From Bugula neritina (taxonomy: Eukaryota; Animalia; Bryozoa): 64,000 nucleotides of DNA. The notes below the pieces were generated by a model, which did not search any database, was not told the origin of the DNA, and saw nothing but the letters and a program-made list of their open reading frames with translations. The position numbers were made by a program, and so were the translations under genes. Numbering within the stretch: position 1 is the stretch's first letter; every line of letters begins with the position of its first letter. This document shows, one piece after another, positions 37,821-64,000 of this stretch. The stretch is from the NCBI GenBank assembly GCA_964035545.1, contig OZ037765.1, positions 23,993,504-24,057,503 on the forward strand, in the 5' to 3' direction.

Positions 37821-39793
37821 ATGATGGAAGTGTTGATTTCAAAAATCCCTGTCCGCCATGTGGTAAGATTAAGAAAATGTCAGTTATTCACTATTTAGTT
37901 ATTATTTTCAACTCTAGTTTTCATGAATACCAACAATTTTTTTCAATTATTCTTGGCTAATGTTGTCTATGTTTCATATATTAGTTGGTTTAAAATTGTA
38001 TGTGTGATTTTAGAGGCCGGTGGTCTTCACACAATCCATTGCTCGATGGATTAGCAGCCAAAAACGCAAAACCCTTGTGCAGCAAATTTATAGTGAACAG
38101 GAAAACAAGAGAATATTGCATGTTCTAAACAATGAGTCTGCAGAACAGCTAAGAGAAAGAAAAATAGGAACCAAGAAATTGCAGGAGCGGATAATTGCTA
38201 GCAGACCATTTGAGTCACTAGCTGAGGTGGTCTATCTATCTATCTATTCACATAAGTTTGTCACTAAAACATTTAGCAAAACTTGTAACTATAACCTTAT
38301 GATTTATAAGTTATGTCATACTTTAACATGACTAAAAATAATCACAAGTTATTTGTATAGCTGTCGAAGATTTAGATATTTCACATCAGTGATTATTTTA
38401 CTATTTCTATTAACTTTTCAAATAATGGCAATGATTCACAAATTACATGCTACAATAACTGGAGCTTGTAGATTATAAATAAATTGTATTTCATACATGG
38501 TTTTGCTTTTTATAATGATTATAATCGACCTATTTATTTTATGCAGGTTCTCTCTTTACCTAGAATCAACATCGTCCAAGTAGAAAAACTGTGTACGAGA
38601 GCTCTGATGGATCAACATGCTCCAAGTAAAGCATATTCAAAAACATCTCAGCAAATATGCTACCCATCCATTGAGTCATCAGAGGCAGCTTCAATAAAAA
38701 TGGTCACATCATTAGGTATAAACAATTTTCTGCACAAGTTAAAATGATGAAATGATTTATTTTTATGATTAATCTATGCAAATGCAAAATTTAATGCCCA
38801 GCGTTATGTTTCAATTGCTCATCCTAAGTTGTTATATTTTTCCATATTCAAATATAGTACTGGGCGGTAGAGATACTTCATGGGTGACAATGACAGACAA
38901 TCTAGAGTTTATTCAAGCCAGGAAGATGCCTTATGATCGAGCACTATCACTTCTCAAATATGACCATGTAAAGTATACCACAACCGTAAGTCTTATTCAT
39001 CTGGTTTCATGTTCCCACTTCTTGCTGTCTGCCAAGCAGCTCTCAAAAGCCTAATTAATATAACAGAACCTTATCTTTGTAGAGTCAACAGCTTTGGAAA
39101 CTAAACAGGTTTTTCTTGGTAGCTTGTAACATTTTTGAAGGCCAAACTATCTAGTGAAGATGTTTCTTATTCTATTATGCTAATAAGTCACATTGTTGCA
39201 AATGCCATTTCGTTCAAAACATTTGCAGCATTAAAATGTTGTTTACCAACTAAAGTCTGCTCAATCGTTTTCTCTTTTTCTATTGGCTACAGGTACAGGA
39301 TGTGATCAGAGAATTACCAGTCTCAGATATGTATGTTCTTCCATTCGCTCCCCGAAGATTAAATGGCAAAACAGCGGTTGCTACAGCCTACCACGGAGGG
39401 AGATGGCTTCTAGATGCAACATTCTGCTCACTAGTAGCTGGTCAACATGGTCTAGGCAAAGTCTGTACCATTAGATCATCAGACTTGAGTTCTATATTCA
39501 ATTTGAACGTAGGAGGTGAAGTAGTAAAAACTGATACTGTACTAAATAAGATACTAAAAGATGGACATTGGAAACAACACCATATTAAGGAATTGGATGC
39601 ATTACAGCATCAGCGCAAGTTGTTTGATGAGCAGCAATCTTTACTAACTCTTCAGTGCTTAGCTTTTATCACAGAAATTCTATTACCCCTATGTTCTCAT
39701 GAAGAGGAATCTGACCCAAGCCCTCATACAAATAGTAGCAAATTTGAAAAATTGCTCAATTCATCTGATAAATTAATTGGTGTGCTTAGATAA
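37821..39793 (+). CDS. TEFM: Mitochondrial transcription elongation factor (HhH domain plus pseudo-RNase H fold), 5 coding exons
   Basis: Exons ~37821-37862, 38014-38226, 38547-38713, 38858-38985, 39292-39793 join in frame. N-terminal Arg/Lys-rich presequence-like region; ILHVLNNESAEQL...RPFESLAEVLSLPRI (HhH); VTSLVLGGRDTSWV and VIRELPVSDMYVL (RuvC/RNase H-like strands of TEFM). Divergent, identified from motif memory. Confidence 0.75.
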
Positions 39794-40027
39794 GAAAAGA
39801 TTATATATTTTTATTACTCACAAAATAATTTCTATGTACAAAATGAATGCAATGATACATTGAACATGTATCTATATAATTATATAATGAACATTAATAC
39901 AAATAAAATTACTTTCTGGTGAAAGTTATAATACAGTACTATATAACTAAAACACCCATGCTAAACAAATTGTACAGTTGGTGTTGGATGCTGTAAAATG
40001 TAAATATACATAGTCAAGTTTTTATGT

Positions 40028-53405
<13,378 letters not shown>

Positions 53406-54311
53406 TTTTATTCCTGCTTTTATATTTGATGTTGCAGACTATTGGACACTCAGCACTGCAAGCACAATTCAATGACAATTTTTAAGTACATATGTTTACA
53501 TAGTCATACTAATACTTGTCTTAGTCCTACACAATAACAATCACAGTGAATCAGAATGTCAATCTAAAACTAGTAGTGGCAATTACAATTAAATGATAAA
53601 TTTAAACTTTTGGTGTTACACATGGAGCTAGTGACTAGTAGTACTGCAGTAGAACTAGTAGTTCTAGCAATCGCAGTAGTAGTAGTTCGATTACTACTAG
53701 TACTACTACTGGTACTACTACACTAGGCCAACAGTAACACCAGGGGTTTAACCAACAACTTCATCAGTAGTAGTATTAGTACTAGTCCGAGGTTTCATAA
53801 TGATAAGATTTTTTCTTGTAAGTTGTACTAGTAGTAGTACTACTACTCAACTACTAGTACTACTTGTAGTTCAAGTTGTAACAAATCAAAATGCAATCAA
53901 CTTTAATTTTGGTTTAAATATTAAAATAAATTTCAATCAAGTATTAGTATTCATTAACTTCAAGTCAAACCTGTGAAAGACAAGCTGAAGTTTAAGGTGC
54001 AGGCACAAGCTGAAGCTCACACCCAACGGCAAACTCTAGGGGTGAAACTCAAAGTCAAACTCCAACTGAACCGTGAAACTGAACGCCTATTAGTATTAGT
54101 ATTAGTATTAAATTTAATATTATTAATTACAATCTGGTACTCGTATTAGCTAAAAAATACCAAGTTTAAAAACGTTTAGCTTTTAAAATTGCGATTGTCT
54201 ATTACATATCGGCATGTGTACTTTTATAAGTTACACCAATGACAATGTAATTGTTGGCGTTGCTTTGCCTTTTACCATTACTGATAACTCTACTTGAATT
54301 ATTTCAACAAT

Positions 54312-54340
54312 AAAATGGCGGTAAAACAGCGCCCTCTAAT
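54312..54340. promoter_or_regulatory. Adjacent YY1-like and CTCF-core-like motifs in the SMC3/ETFB divergent promoter
   Basis: AAAATGGCGG (54312-54321) and CAGCGCCCTCTA (reverse complement TAGAGGGCGCTG, 54327-54338), a GC-rich islet in AT-rich DNA. Motif match only. Confidence 0.45.
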
Positions 54341-55218
54341 TTGGAGTTGTGTTTCAAAGCAACGACGACTCCGTGAGTTTTTTCACACACTATAAGAGCT
54401 GCTTTGTTTCGATGAATAATATTTTATTGAAAAGATAACTCATGATTATTTGTCATCATGAAAAATCTAAAGCCCAAGGTGACAAACTAGATGGAATTAA
54501 AAAGAATTAACATGGCTTTTCTTATCTTTATAATCAAAACACAGTTCAAACAGTTATATTATAATTATGATGAAAATTTAATTCTTGCAGTAGAAAAACT
54601 ATGAGTAAAACTGATGCAGAATATGCATCTAGGTACTCAATTTCCACTGTAGCAGAAATAATATTACTAGATTAGTATCTAATGACAAAATCTAAAAGGA
54701 TGAGTTAATTTTAATTTCATTGTTACATTAAATTTACAATTTCTGCTATCTGCATTAATTATATCTACTTTTGTTGTTTTTTATACCTGCACATGTACTG
54801 TAGGCTGTAGCTACTTGCTTCAATGTTAAAAAGAAGATGGGTTACAATTACAATAATTATATTATCTTATCGAGAGCAAAATAGAACAGATAACTCCAGC
54901 ATTATTATTTGCTAACCACTTATTAGCAAAGGGTTAAAGATCACACTGCAGTCACTTCCTATTAGCGTAGTTTCTACCCTAAATTTGATTAGTTGGATTT
55001 TTCTAGGTCTAACCTAAACTATCCACTCGAAGCTATACATTCTTTGTTTCCGTATCCGGCAAAACAGAAACCTTCGCAGTTTTCTAAAAAGTCGAAATCA
55101 AATTGACAAACAGTAAATCATTAATTTTCTTTCTACTGCTAAGGTTTGACTTAGTTTTTTAAACTTTTAAATTACAGAATCTTAAGAATATTCATATAAT
55201 AAGATAGTTAATTTCCTA

Positions 55219-55980
55219 ATGGCTCGCGTTTTAGTAGGCTGCAAGAGAGTTATTGACTATGCAGTGAAAATTCGTGTCAAACCAGACAAAACCGGAGTTG
55301 TTAAACAAAATGTCAAGCACAGTCTTAATCCTTTTGATGAAATAGCTGTAGAAGAAGCCGTTAGAATGAAAGAGAAAAAAATAGCGACTGAAATTGTAGC
55401 ATTATCTTGTGGTCCTTCTCAGTGTCAAGAAACTTTGAGGACTGCTCTGGCTATGGGGGCTGACAAGGCTATACACGTTGAAATTCCAGATAAAGATTAT
55501 GAGAATGTAACATCTCTTCACGTTTCTAAAATTTTAGCAAAAGCTGCTAAAGAAATAAACGCAGACGTAGTCATTGTTGGTAAACAATCTATAGATGATG
55601 ACAGTGCGCAAACTGCTCAAATGGTTGCAGCCCTCTTAGACTGGCCTCAGGCAACCTTCATATCAAAAGCTGAAAAAGTAGAGAATGTTTTAAAGATTAC
55701 CCGGGAAATTGACGGAGGGCTTGAAAATATTACTGCCAAGCTGCCTGCAGTAATATCTGCTGATCTCCGCCTGAATGAGCCCCGTTACGCCACTTTGCCC
55801 AACATAATGAAAGCTAAAAAGAAACCGATGGAAAAGAAAACACCTAAGGACTTTGAGGTAGATTTAAGCTCAAGGTTTGATGTCATCAGTGTTGTTGATC
55901 CTCCATCTAGGGAAGCTGGTGTAAAAGTTGAATCAGTTGATGATCTAGTCTCCAAATTGAAAGATGCTGGTGTTGTTTAG
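55219..55980 (+). CDS. ETFB: Electron transfer flavoprotein subunit beta, single-exon CDS, 253 aa
   Basis: [100 protein letters not shown]. Intact ORF. Confidence 0.98.
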   Translation: MARVLVGCKRVIDYAVKIRVKPDKTGVVKQNVKHSLNPFDEIAVEEAVRMKEKKIATEIVALSCGPSQCQETLRTALAMGADKAIHVEIPDKDYENVTSLHVSKILAKAAKEINADVVIVGKQSIDDDSAQTAQMVAALLDWPQATFISKAEKVENVLKITREIDGGLENITAKLPAVISADLRLNEPRYATLPNIMKAKKKPMEKKTPKDFEVDLSSRFDVISVVDPPSREAGVKVESVDDLVSKLKDAGVV

Positions 55981-57388
55981 ATGGACTCAATAGAAATTTG
56001 TAGAGGAGTAAGATTGCAGTAAAGAAGATTTTTGGTAGAGTTGAACTATGAACTCAAACACCACACATCATTATATAATATATCTTCCAATTAATAACGT
56101 TGCACTATTAAATTTAGTCCATTTATAAATATATATATATATATATTATAAAATATTCTAAATAACGATGTTCAGTTTTTACCATGTTACTTTAGGCCAA
56201 AGACTCTATGGTGTCTACATATTATTGTTACTCATTTCCCATTGTACCCTAGCCAAGAAACCTTGACAAAGGCTTTTCACTACTATTCTGCAGACTACAA
56301 GCATGTTAAATTTGTAACAGTGTAAACAAAATTTTGCAAGCCTACATCCCAGCAGCTGAGCCCATCACCAACCATTTGCAGAACACTTACAAAGTACGGT
56401 TAGATAGGGGTATTTATACATTCCTGGCAACAAATACTACAAGTTACTTTTTCAAGTGACATACTTTTTTAACAATGCTCTCAACTTTAAAATTTGATAC
56501 AAATTTTATTTGTTAGGTCAAGAATCAAAAGCTAAATTGATCCCTAGGCTCCAATTTGTGTTGTAGTAAACTTATAGGATTGCTAACAGAACTATATCCA
56601 TAAATTACATTTCTATAACCACTCAATTGTAATAATTATCATTAGGGCTCCATGTTTAAATTTGGAAAATGGTTTGCATATATTACAATTAGTTATATAA
56701 TGGTTTGTGCTAGTTAAACTATATATTAGATTTAAATAAATAGGAAACCAAAACTTTCATTTTTGCTAGTGGTTCACAAGATTTTAAATGTAAGTACAAA
56801 ATACAGATATATAGAGATGGTCCTTTGGGTGAAAATTCACACATTCATTAATAGTGGCAATTTTAAAAGCTGTAAAAATAAAATTTAATTAAATTAAAAC
56901 AGATAAATTAAGATTAATTAAACAAAAGTTACACACACAACTAGCTAAGCAAGCAATAAATAAATAATAGTGACATGCAAAAATTATTTGATTACAATTT
57001 GATCCAGAGTTTAGAATAAACTTAGTTAAATAAAACATAATTAACTGTAAAACTAAATTTTGTAATACTTCCTTTAGAATGTCTAGTACATGAAACATTT
57101 GATAAAATTAACGCAGCTCAAGTTGAAAGTTTCGCGTATTAAGCCCAGCAATAATTTCTTTTCATAACTTAGAGCTACTATGTAATACAAATTATTCACA
57201 AAACCCATCTTAATATTAACGGGCTTGAGCTTCTGATTGGCTTTCCGTTGAGTGTTTACCTAGAATAACACGATTATTCAAACTCATAGGATGAAAAATA
57301 TGCAAGACTTCTACTTAAACGAGAACATATAATGTCACAGTTTAGTGAGTAAAAATGTGCACTCTTTGAGATCATTTAGTAGCAAATG

Positions 57389-60300
57389 CTATAGAGACTC
57401 CGTTAAGGAAAATTGGCTAGTGGTGACAACCATTCCTCCATATCCTTCACATGACATTTCATCACTGTCACTATTTATGACATCTACTTCGTCTAAAATG
57501 AAATATAAAATTGAGTCAAATAGAGTTTTAGAATTTTGAGTCATAAGGAGAAAAGTAAGTATCCATGACAACAAAAAACATGAGATGGAATTCTGACCAT
57601 CAAAGAAATCTGCATTATTTTACAACTGGAATGTTATGCTGCAGGGTGGTTTTAGGAAATAAATTAGGCTCAAGTTCAATTGTTAGGTTGACTGTGCACA
57701 CGATAGTTTCTCTTATAATAAAACCATTGTAGCAAGTAGTGGACTAGTAGTCATACTACAAGAGCTAAAAAACACGTTATTGATTGAACTCATTCAAAAG
57801 GTGGGTCCATTCATTGTCTAGGTTAAAACTGTTAAATATAGGTTGTTGGTTTTTGTAGACAATTGATTGAATGCTCCGCAAAGCACAAGAGCAAACATTT
57901 ACTTAACCGCCATATTTGTTGGGACGCGGCATGATTAAACCAGTTATGACTTATGCAAAACACGATAACTGTCATGAATCATGATGCTGTGGGGACAAAA
58001 TACAATTGATAAGAACTATACACGTGGAAGCAACGCATTAGCTTTTCTTGGTCATAAATTATAAGTTATACTACTGATTATACAATGTTCTACAAAATAT
58101 GTTATTTTAACTGTAAAACTTTCATATTTTTGTTTTACAGTGTTTATGAGCAGTGTGGCATAATGTGCATTGCTTACAGTAAAATATTATTGTAGTAATT
58201 TTCATATTATACTGATCAATTGTTTGTTAACTTTGAACTTTCTGTCCGATCATGACAGACTTTGAGAGTAGAAAACAGACAAATGGTAGTTTAGTGTTGT
58301 AATGTTGAGGACCCCCCAGCCTTGTAACCTAAATAGGGCTGGCTCAATGCTTATTAGGGGACGGCAATGCAAGCGCCACAACTTTCAACTAACTTTAGTG
58401 TAATAATATGGCAAAAACTAAGCTAGTGGAATATGTCTACAAGCACTGAACTGGAAAAGGGGGTTGAGTTCATTCTCTACAAGTGTGTGAAATTAAAACC
58501 ATATCTAATTACGATCCCCCAGAAAAATGCCTGAGTAGCTTTATATGATATATCAAGGCTCTGGGGTCAAATGTTGAAAGTTGAAACTCACTGATAGAGA
58601 TTAGATTTTGGGGTTGTGATTCAAGATAGAAGTCAAGGGTAACTGGAAGCTAGCAGTGACACGGAGTGTAGTTCAGGATAGGAATTAGAATTTAAATGTA
58701 TATTAATGCACGGAGAGGGCAAGTGAAATTGCACAAAAATGAAAATCAGCATGGCTTGCATTTATTTAGTTCCCGAATTTGTGATTGATTATCCATTAGT
58801 TTTATGGTTCAAGTCTTGAGAATTTGAGAGCCATAAAAAGCTTACAAAAAATTGGGAAACACTAAAAATATGTGTTTAGTGAAGTAGTACAAGTGTGTAA
58901 TGCAAGTTATAATTACATTGATGTACTTGAACTTTGAAAGTGATGAAAACTAGACAGCTAGTGTTTATATTAGTGTACCAACATGTACACAACAACCATG
59001 AAGTTTGGCCAAGCATTACCTAAATACTGATTATAGAAAATATGTTCACCCATGTGTACTTGAAAAGTTCTACATCATCTCAAATTCATATTAGAAACTG
59101 GCAACATAACTGCTAATAAGTTTCACAGGTAAGCTATCTTTTTTGTACAGTGAAGCTTTTAAACTCACTAGTGCATGCTTGATAATAAAGGAGGTCTAGA
59201 TTAGAATTAAACAAATCAACATCAACTTCAGAATCAGAGTTTTGCTGGATATGCTGATATTTGTCAGTTGTTTTAATAGGCTTTGGTGTAACACTAGCAT
59301 AACAGTTTAAACTAGATGAAAGAGAAATTAATATTTCTAGTATAACTTCTCAACTTGAAAAGTGGAGTATTTTCCCAGATCTACAACTTTTGATCTGTTC
59401 TCATTAGGGGCCATAGATGACAATGAATGCAGTAGCCAAACTAGGTCAAGTTATCTAGGGATCAATAGAAACAAAGCAATTTAGTAGCTAGAGGGATGTC
59501 CATAATAATCAAAGAGTCTTTTTTCACAGAGATATGCTCAAGAGGAAGATGACACTATCTAATTGACCCAAACAAACACCAGAAGCAGTTTATGTTTATG
59601 TTAGTTACTAAAGATAACATGTGGTAGATGGAAACATGAACAATGAGTTCTCAGTTCCTAAACCTTACACAATGGCAAAAAGTAAAACAAGTCAAGCCAA
59701 CCATAGATGACTGCCTGGAAAGCAAGTCTAGGAATATTTGCTAAGCTGGGAGAATACCAGCTTCTAGGGGCTTGCCGAATACTCATTTTGTTAATACTAG
59801 GATTTTCAAATACCACTTATAACATTGCCAACTACCATTATCAATCAGTCTGCTTCACTTAGCCAATATGTACATAGCTAAATGGCTGCATTGCTAAATT
59901 ATAATGTAACCATGGCACCAGATTTATAGTAGCCCTGTACTATCCGAGTATTGCCATTCCATGACTAGTTCTAACTAGTACTAGGACCCACAAGCTGCAT
60001 TAGGCCGATGTGAACATCCGCATACTACAGCTAGTATCTATGTCAATACAACTAACTAATGACCAGTGAGAGTAATGCATGCCTATTGTGTATCCTAGAA
60101 TGCATGTTTCATGTTGCACGCTGTTTCAATCATATTTACCATGTTCATCAAAGGCAGATGAAGATGAAGCAGTAGAAACAGTAGAACTACTACATTCACT
60201 ATAACTTCTTCCGGCCCTAAACTGCCGATCAGCCACGGTTTTCAAGGCTTGTAATCTCTGTTTTAGGCGCTGATGCTCTTGGCACAATTGATTTTTTATT

Positions 60301-62029
60301 ATACTCTGTTTTCTATCTTTTTCTTCTAAAGCCTAAAATGATCAGACGTTAATAGTATGTTTGCTGAAAATTAAGTCATTTGAATGTGAAATGAAAATTT
60401 GGTTTTATTTATTGCTTACTTACAGAGAGAAAAAATTTTAAAATTCAACTATATCGATGTTTGAAATGGAAGTTAAAAATGCATAATTTGCTCTAATTAA
60501 ACCAACACCCAATTGATGTAAAATTCACAAGTACTTCATTGAGTCCGGTTACAATTGGTGCCAGCTATCCTGCATGGGGTAGCTGTAGTTGGTACTAATC
60601 TCATAAATCAAGGACTGTAATACAACCTTATGGATACTAATATCTGCTATCATAAATATAAAATCAGACATTAGTGAGGAAAATCAAGATTTGGAGATAA
60701 ATGTTAGAAAGATAAATAATGCTAGTGCAGTTTGCAGTCGTGATTTATAATACCAAAGTCTATGAGGCAGAAAATTTTATGCTCTGTCTACAGTAAAACA
60801 CTAACTACACTGCTGCTAAGATTCTAGCCTACATATCCGCCAGCCTGAGCAATAAACTATTTTCAAAACAATAATTATCAGGAAAAGTAATACCTAGCAG
60901 TATATTCCAGTGAAATCTTTATATTCTTTAACTAATAATGATATGTTGGGGAAAAGCTCTAGCTACAGGATAACCTATTTATTTTCACAGACCAGTATAT
61001 GCAACTAACATACTTTAATATATGCCTTGGCCTTAGTAAGGAGTCCAAGTGTAGTATGTCTAGAGGAATCGGATCCTACAGGCACCATGTCCTTTAAATT
61101 CTCTAAATATTGCCTCAATTGTGCCCTCCTGTTAACAAAGGAAACATAGCTTATTAATCTTTTTCCAATTAGTAGATTTACACAACTACAGAGCAATTAT
61201 GTTATGAGAAAACTATATCCTGCCCTTTATTTTCAACCTGCAACTGCTCTAGCCTATATTGATTGCATTGCTACTGTTCTTTATCTAGGCATAACTTTTT
61301 ATTGGGCTCCATTGATATTGCAGAAAGCAGCTGAATTGGGTTTGCTTACTGCAGGCTTTTTATCATCAGTACAAGAGACCGCACCTCTGACCATCTGCTA
61401 GGTTTAGCAGCACTAGTTTTGTGTAGGGGGAATAAAAGATGTAATCAAAAGAAGCATCTTGTCAACTCACCTAAGCTTCTCCAGCTCATTGTGAGTAGTT
61501 CTAAAATAAACAACAACCGATATTAGTCGCGATAAAAAATATGTGGGCTATTGTGTGGAAATCGCCACAAAGGATTGCGTGAATATCCAATGAACAAAAT
61601 GAATATTCCATTAGTAATAAATTATACTAAAACTTCCCCAGCAGTTTCACATCCACACGTCACAGTCACATGTGTCACGGTGGCATGTGCGTACATGCTG
61701 AATGTGTACAAAACTTCCTGATCATGCACTCACTGCGCTGCTACTACTCCTTCCTGCCTAGTACTACAGTTGTGGGGATCTAGCTTACGTTGAGACTAGC
61801 CCTATTACCAATTAAACTTAAGAAACTAATTTGCTAAGTTGGTTGCCAAAAAGTAAAACTGGTAAACTTTACATATCCACAAATGAGTATATTTGAACAC
61901 TAAAAATGAAATTCATAGTAGATGTTAACCTTGTTCCCAGCGACTTTTTGGAAGGAGGTGATGTTTTGGTTTTTCTAGAGTCGTACTCTTCTGGCATAGG
62001 CAGGGAAGATGCATAGCCATGCTCTGCTT
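57389..62029 (-). CDS. MAX dimerization protein (MAD/MXI1/MXD family bHLH-Zip repressor); the first (SID) exon is not in the window
   Basis: Exons 61930-62029 ([13 protein letters not shown]...), 61471-61500 (30-nt [11 protein letters not shown]), ~61013-61128 ([39 protein letters not shown]), ~60140-60332 (zipper and Ser-rich region), 57389-57492 ([20 protein letters not shown]...*). Phases are consistent. Confidence 0.92.
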
Positions 62030-64000
62030 CTAAAATATGAGTAAACTATCTGTAAGCCTTGTCACACAAACAATAGTCTCAACTGATGCCAACATCAATT
62101 ACAAGAGATAATTAGAGTGAAGTCAAGCTTCTCTTCATACTGATACTTTTTTTGCAATTTCTGAACATGCGATCAGAAAACGATTTAGTAAAGAAATATT
62201 TAATTAAATCTAAGCAAGTGAAAAGTGAATCTATGCCAGTAATTTCATCATACTAGATGTCACACACCATTAAACTTTCGGCCACAGCACTCAAGTATAT
62301 AGCTTAATATCATGCCATTAAGTTGAAATATCATGCCACATAAAAATCTTGAATAAAACATTAAGTTGAGAGAAAAAATGCTTCAATTATTATTCTATAC
62401 CCAAATATATCTAGTTAAGAACACTCCAAAGAGTCAATAGATATGATTAATTGCCAATTCTAATACCTACTGGCCTCTATATATGCAGAGTGATAATTAA
62501 TGATCTTTTTATGGGATTTATGGCAGCTAAACTTATTCAGAACATAGGTAGGTGAATTTATAAAAAAAAAGTAGGCCCATGACCATTGAACTAGAGTCAT
62601 GAAGCTCAAAACTAGGTTCATAAGACACTTAGACTATTTGACTCATCTGACAAATATGAGGTGAATGTACTAGAGAGCAGGCACCCTGATCAAATGATAT
62701 TACATCAAACATGACCAAAATAGCTGGTCATGATCATCATCAGCTTAAACACACCTACTAAACATCCCAGTTGAATACCATCAACATTTTACAATGAATA
62801 TAGTACTCAAAGCCTCCATTTTTATTAATTCATTTCTCTAGTATATAGCTTGATGACAAAAAATACAATGTTGCGTAGTTTAAAATATTATATATCATTG
62901 AAATCTACATACATCTTATAAGATTATTTTGAATCAACTAGTTTTACTAATTATCACCAGGTGTCAAAATCAAAGTTTTAATGCTCTGCATAATGGGAAA
63001 TGAGTGTGTTCACAATTAAGCATACATCACATGACTCTCATTGCAATTCAAATGGCTGGCATCTTATTAAATATTAATGTAGGCTCCACCAGCTATTAGC
63101 CTTTTCTCCGCATCAATGAGCTTGGACCAGCTATTGTTGTAATCATCATTCGTGATGGCCACTATGAAATTTCATTATGAAGTTGAGCAATTATGGCCTA
63201 TGCTATGTATATGCATTTATTGTAATAATTGAGTAAAAAAGTCAATTACGATTAATGAATATTTGAGCAAATGTAGCTACAAATTTTCAAGTTGCAGATT
63301 CAAATAAAATTTCACCAATTCAAGTATGTAGAACAACAGTGCTTTAAACTGTATCTGCAAGTAAGAAATTGTAAGACTGAGGTTTGCCCATAGCCCTCTA
63401 ATAGTTGGTTACTACTTTGGGAAGAGGTTATAGCATTATCAGTCAGCAGTTGATGGTAGATACTAGATTTGCATCTAATAGGAATGATAATATGACTATA
63501 ACCTAGTTGAACAACCTAGTAATTAACTTTGAATTATAGCCAAAAAGTCAAGCTAAACTATAATTGACAGAAAAATAATGAGCATAGCTCAAACTTTACT
63601 CTTAGAATGTTTATCACTGTGATAGTCATCACCATGGTAACTATGCTGAAGCACTAATAGGTTTCTAATACAAAATCAAGTCCAACGTTTTTGAAGATTT
63701 ATTTTAGATTTTACTCTCAGACATTGCCAGTGCTATAACATAAGCAGAAATAAGTCTGACTATTAAAACTTAATATTAATGTAATGAGTCAATGATAAAA
63801 AACAATGATAAATTATCACAGATATTTTCACAATTTTATAGAAAATCAAAATCTAAATTTAGCACAGTAAATTACAAAAATAAAAAAATGAATATTTTAA
63901 TAACCGTAATTTTTATTAAAAAAGTTAATAACAGCCAACTAGGCCTAATCTTAATTTCAGTCAACTGTTGTGCATCCGATTGAACTAGCTGCAAATACAA

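Noticed and set aside
61471-61500. MXD basic region HNELEKLR instead of HNELEKNR, on a 30-nt microexon
   Set aside because: That position varies among MXD paralogues (N/R/H), the DNA-contacting H, E and R are intact, and the short exon is an ordinary feature of the family.

Overview
AT-rich, intron-rich animal genomic DNA. It is an invertebrate, and a lophotrochozoan such as a bryozoan is only a guess. I assembled six protein-coding genes by hand from splice sites and reading phase. (1) A giant secreted or cell-surface cysteine-rich repeat protein (GCC2/GCC3, Ephrin_rec_like type), minus strand, 28232 to <71: 39 exons and about 1930 aa in view, running off the left edge. (2) GTF2H4/TFIIH p52 (-). 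(3) TEFM (+). (4) SMC3 (-), 27 exons, two GC-AG introns. (5) An intronless ETFB (+). (6) A MAD/MXI1-family bHLH-Zip repressor (-), whose first exon is off the right edge. Mobile DNA: a decayed Academ transposon carrying an RTE-LINE fragment, an ISL2EU/PIF-Harbinger-group element with about 890-bp near-perfect TIRs inside an SMC3 intron, and two MITEs whose TSDs are confirmed by an empty paralogous site in this window. Three things stand out. (a) An 11-kb array of 17 phase-symmetric one-module exons, 15 of them exactly 141 nt, arranged (A-C)x4,(A-B)x2,A,D,E,F,G, with homogenised mosaic exons in diverged introns; this is a candidate diversifying glycoprotein-stalk system. (b) A 15-bp minisatellite that copies one 3' splice site ten times, where only the last copy avoids a stop codon. 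(c) Non-coding 3/6-nt-periodic tracts flanking both divergent promoters.
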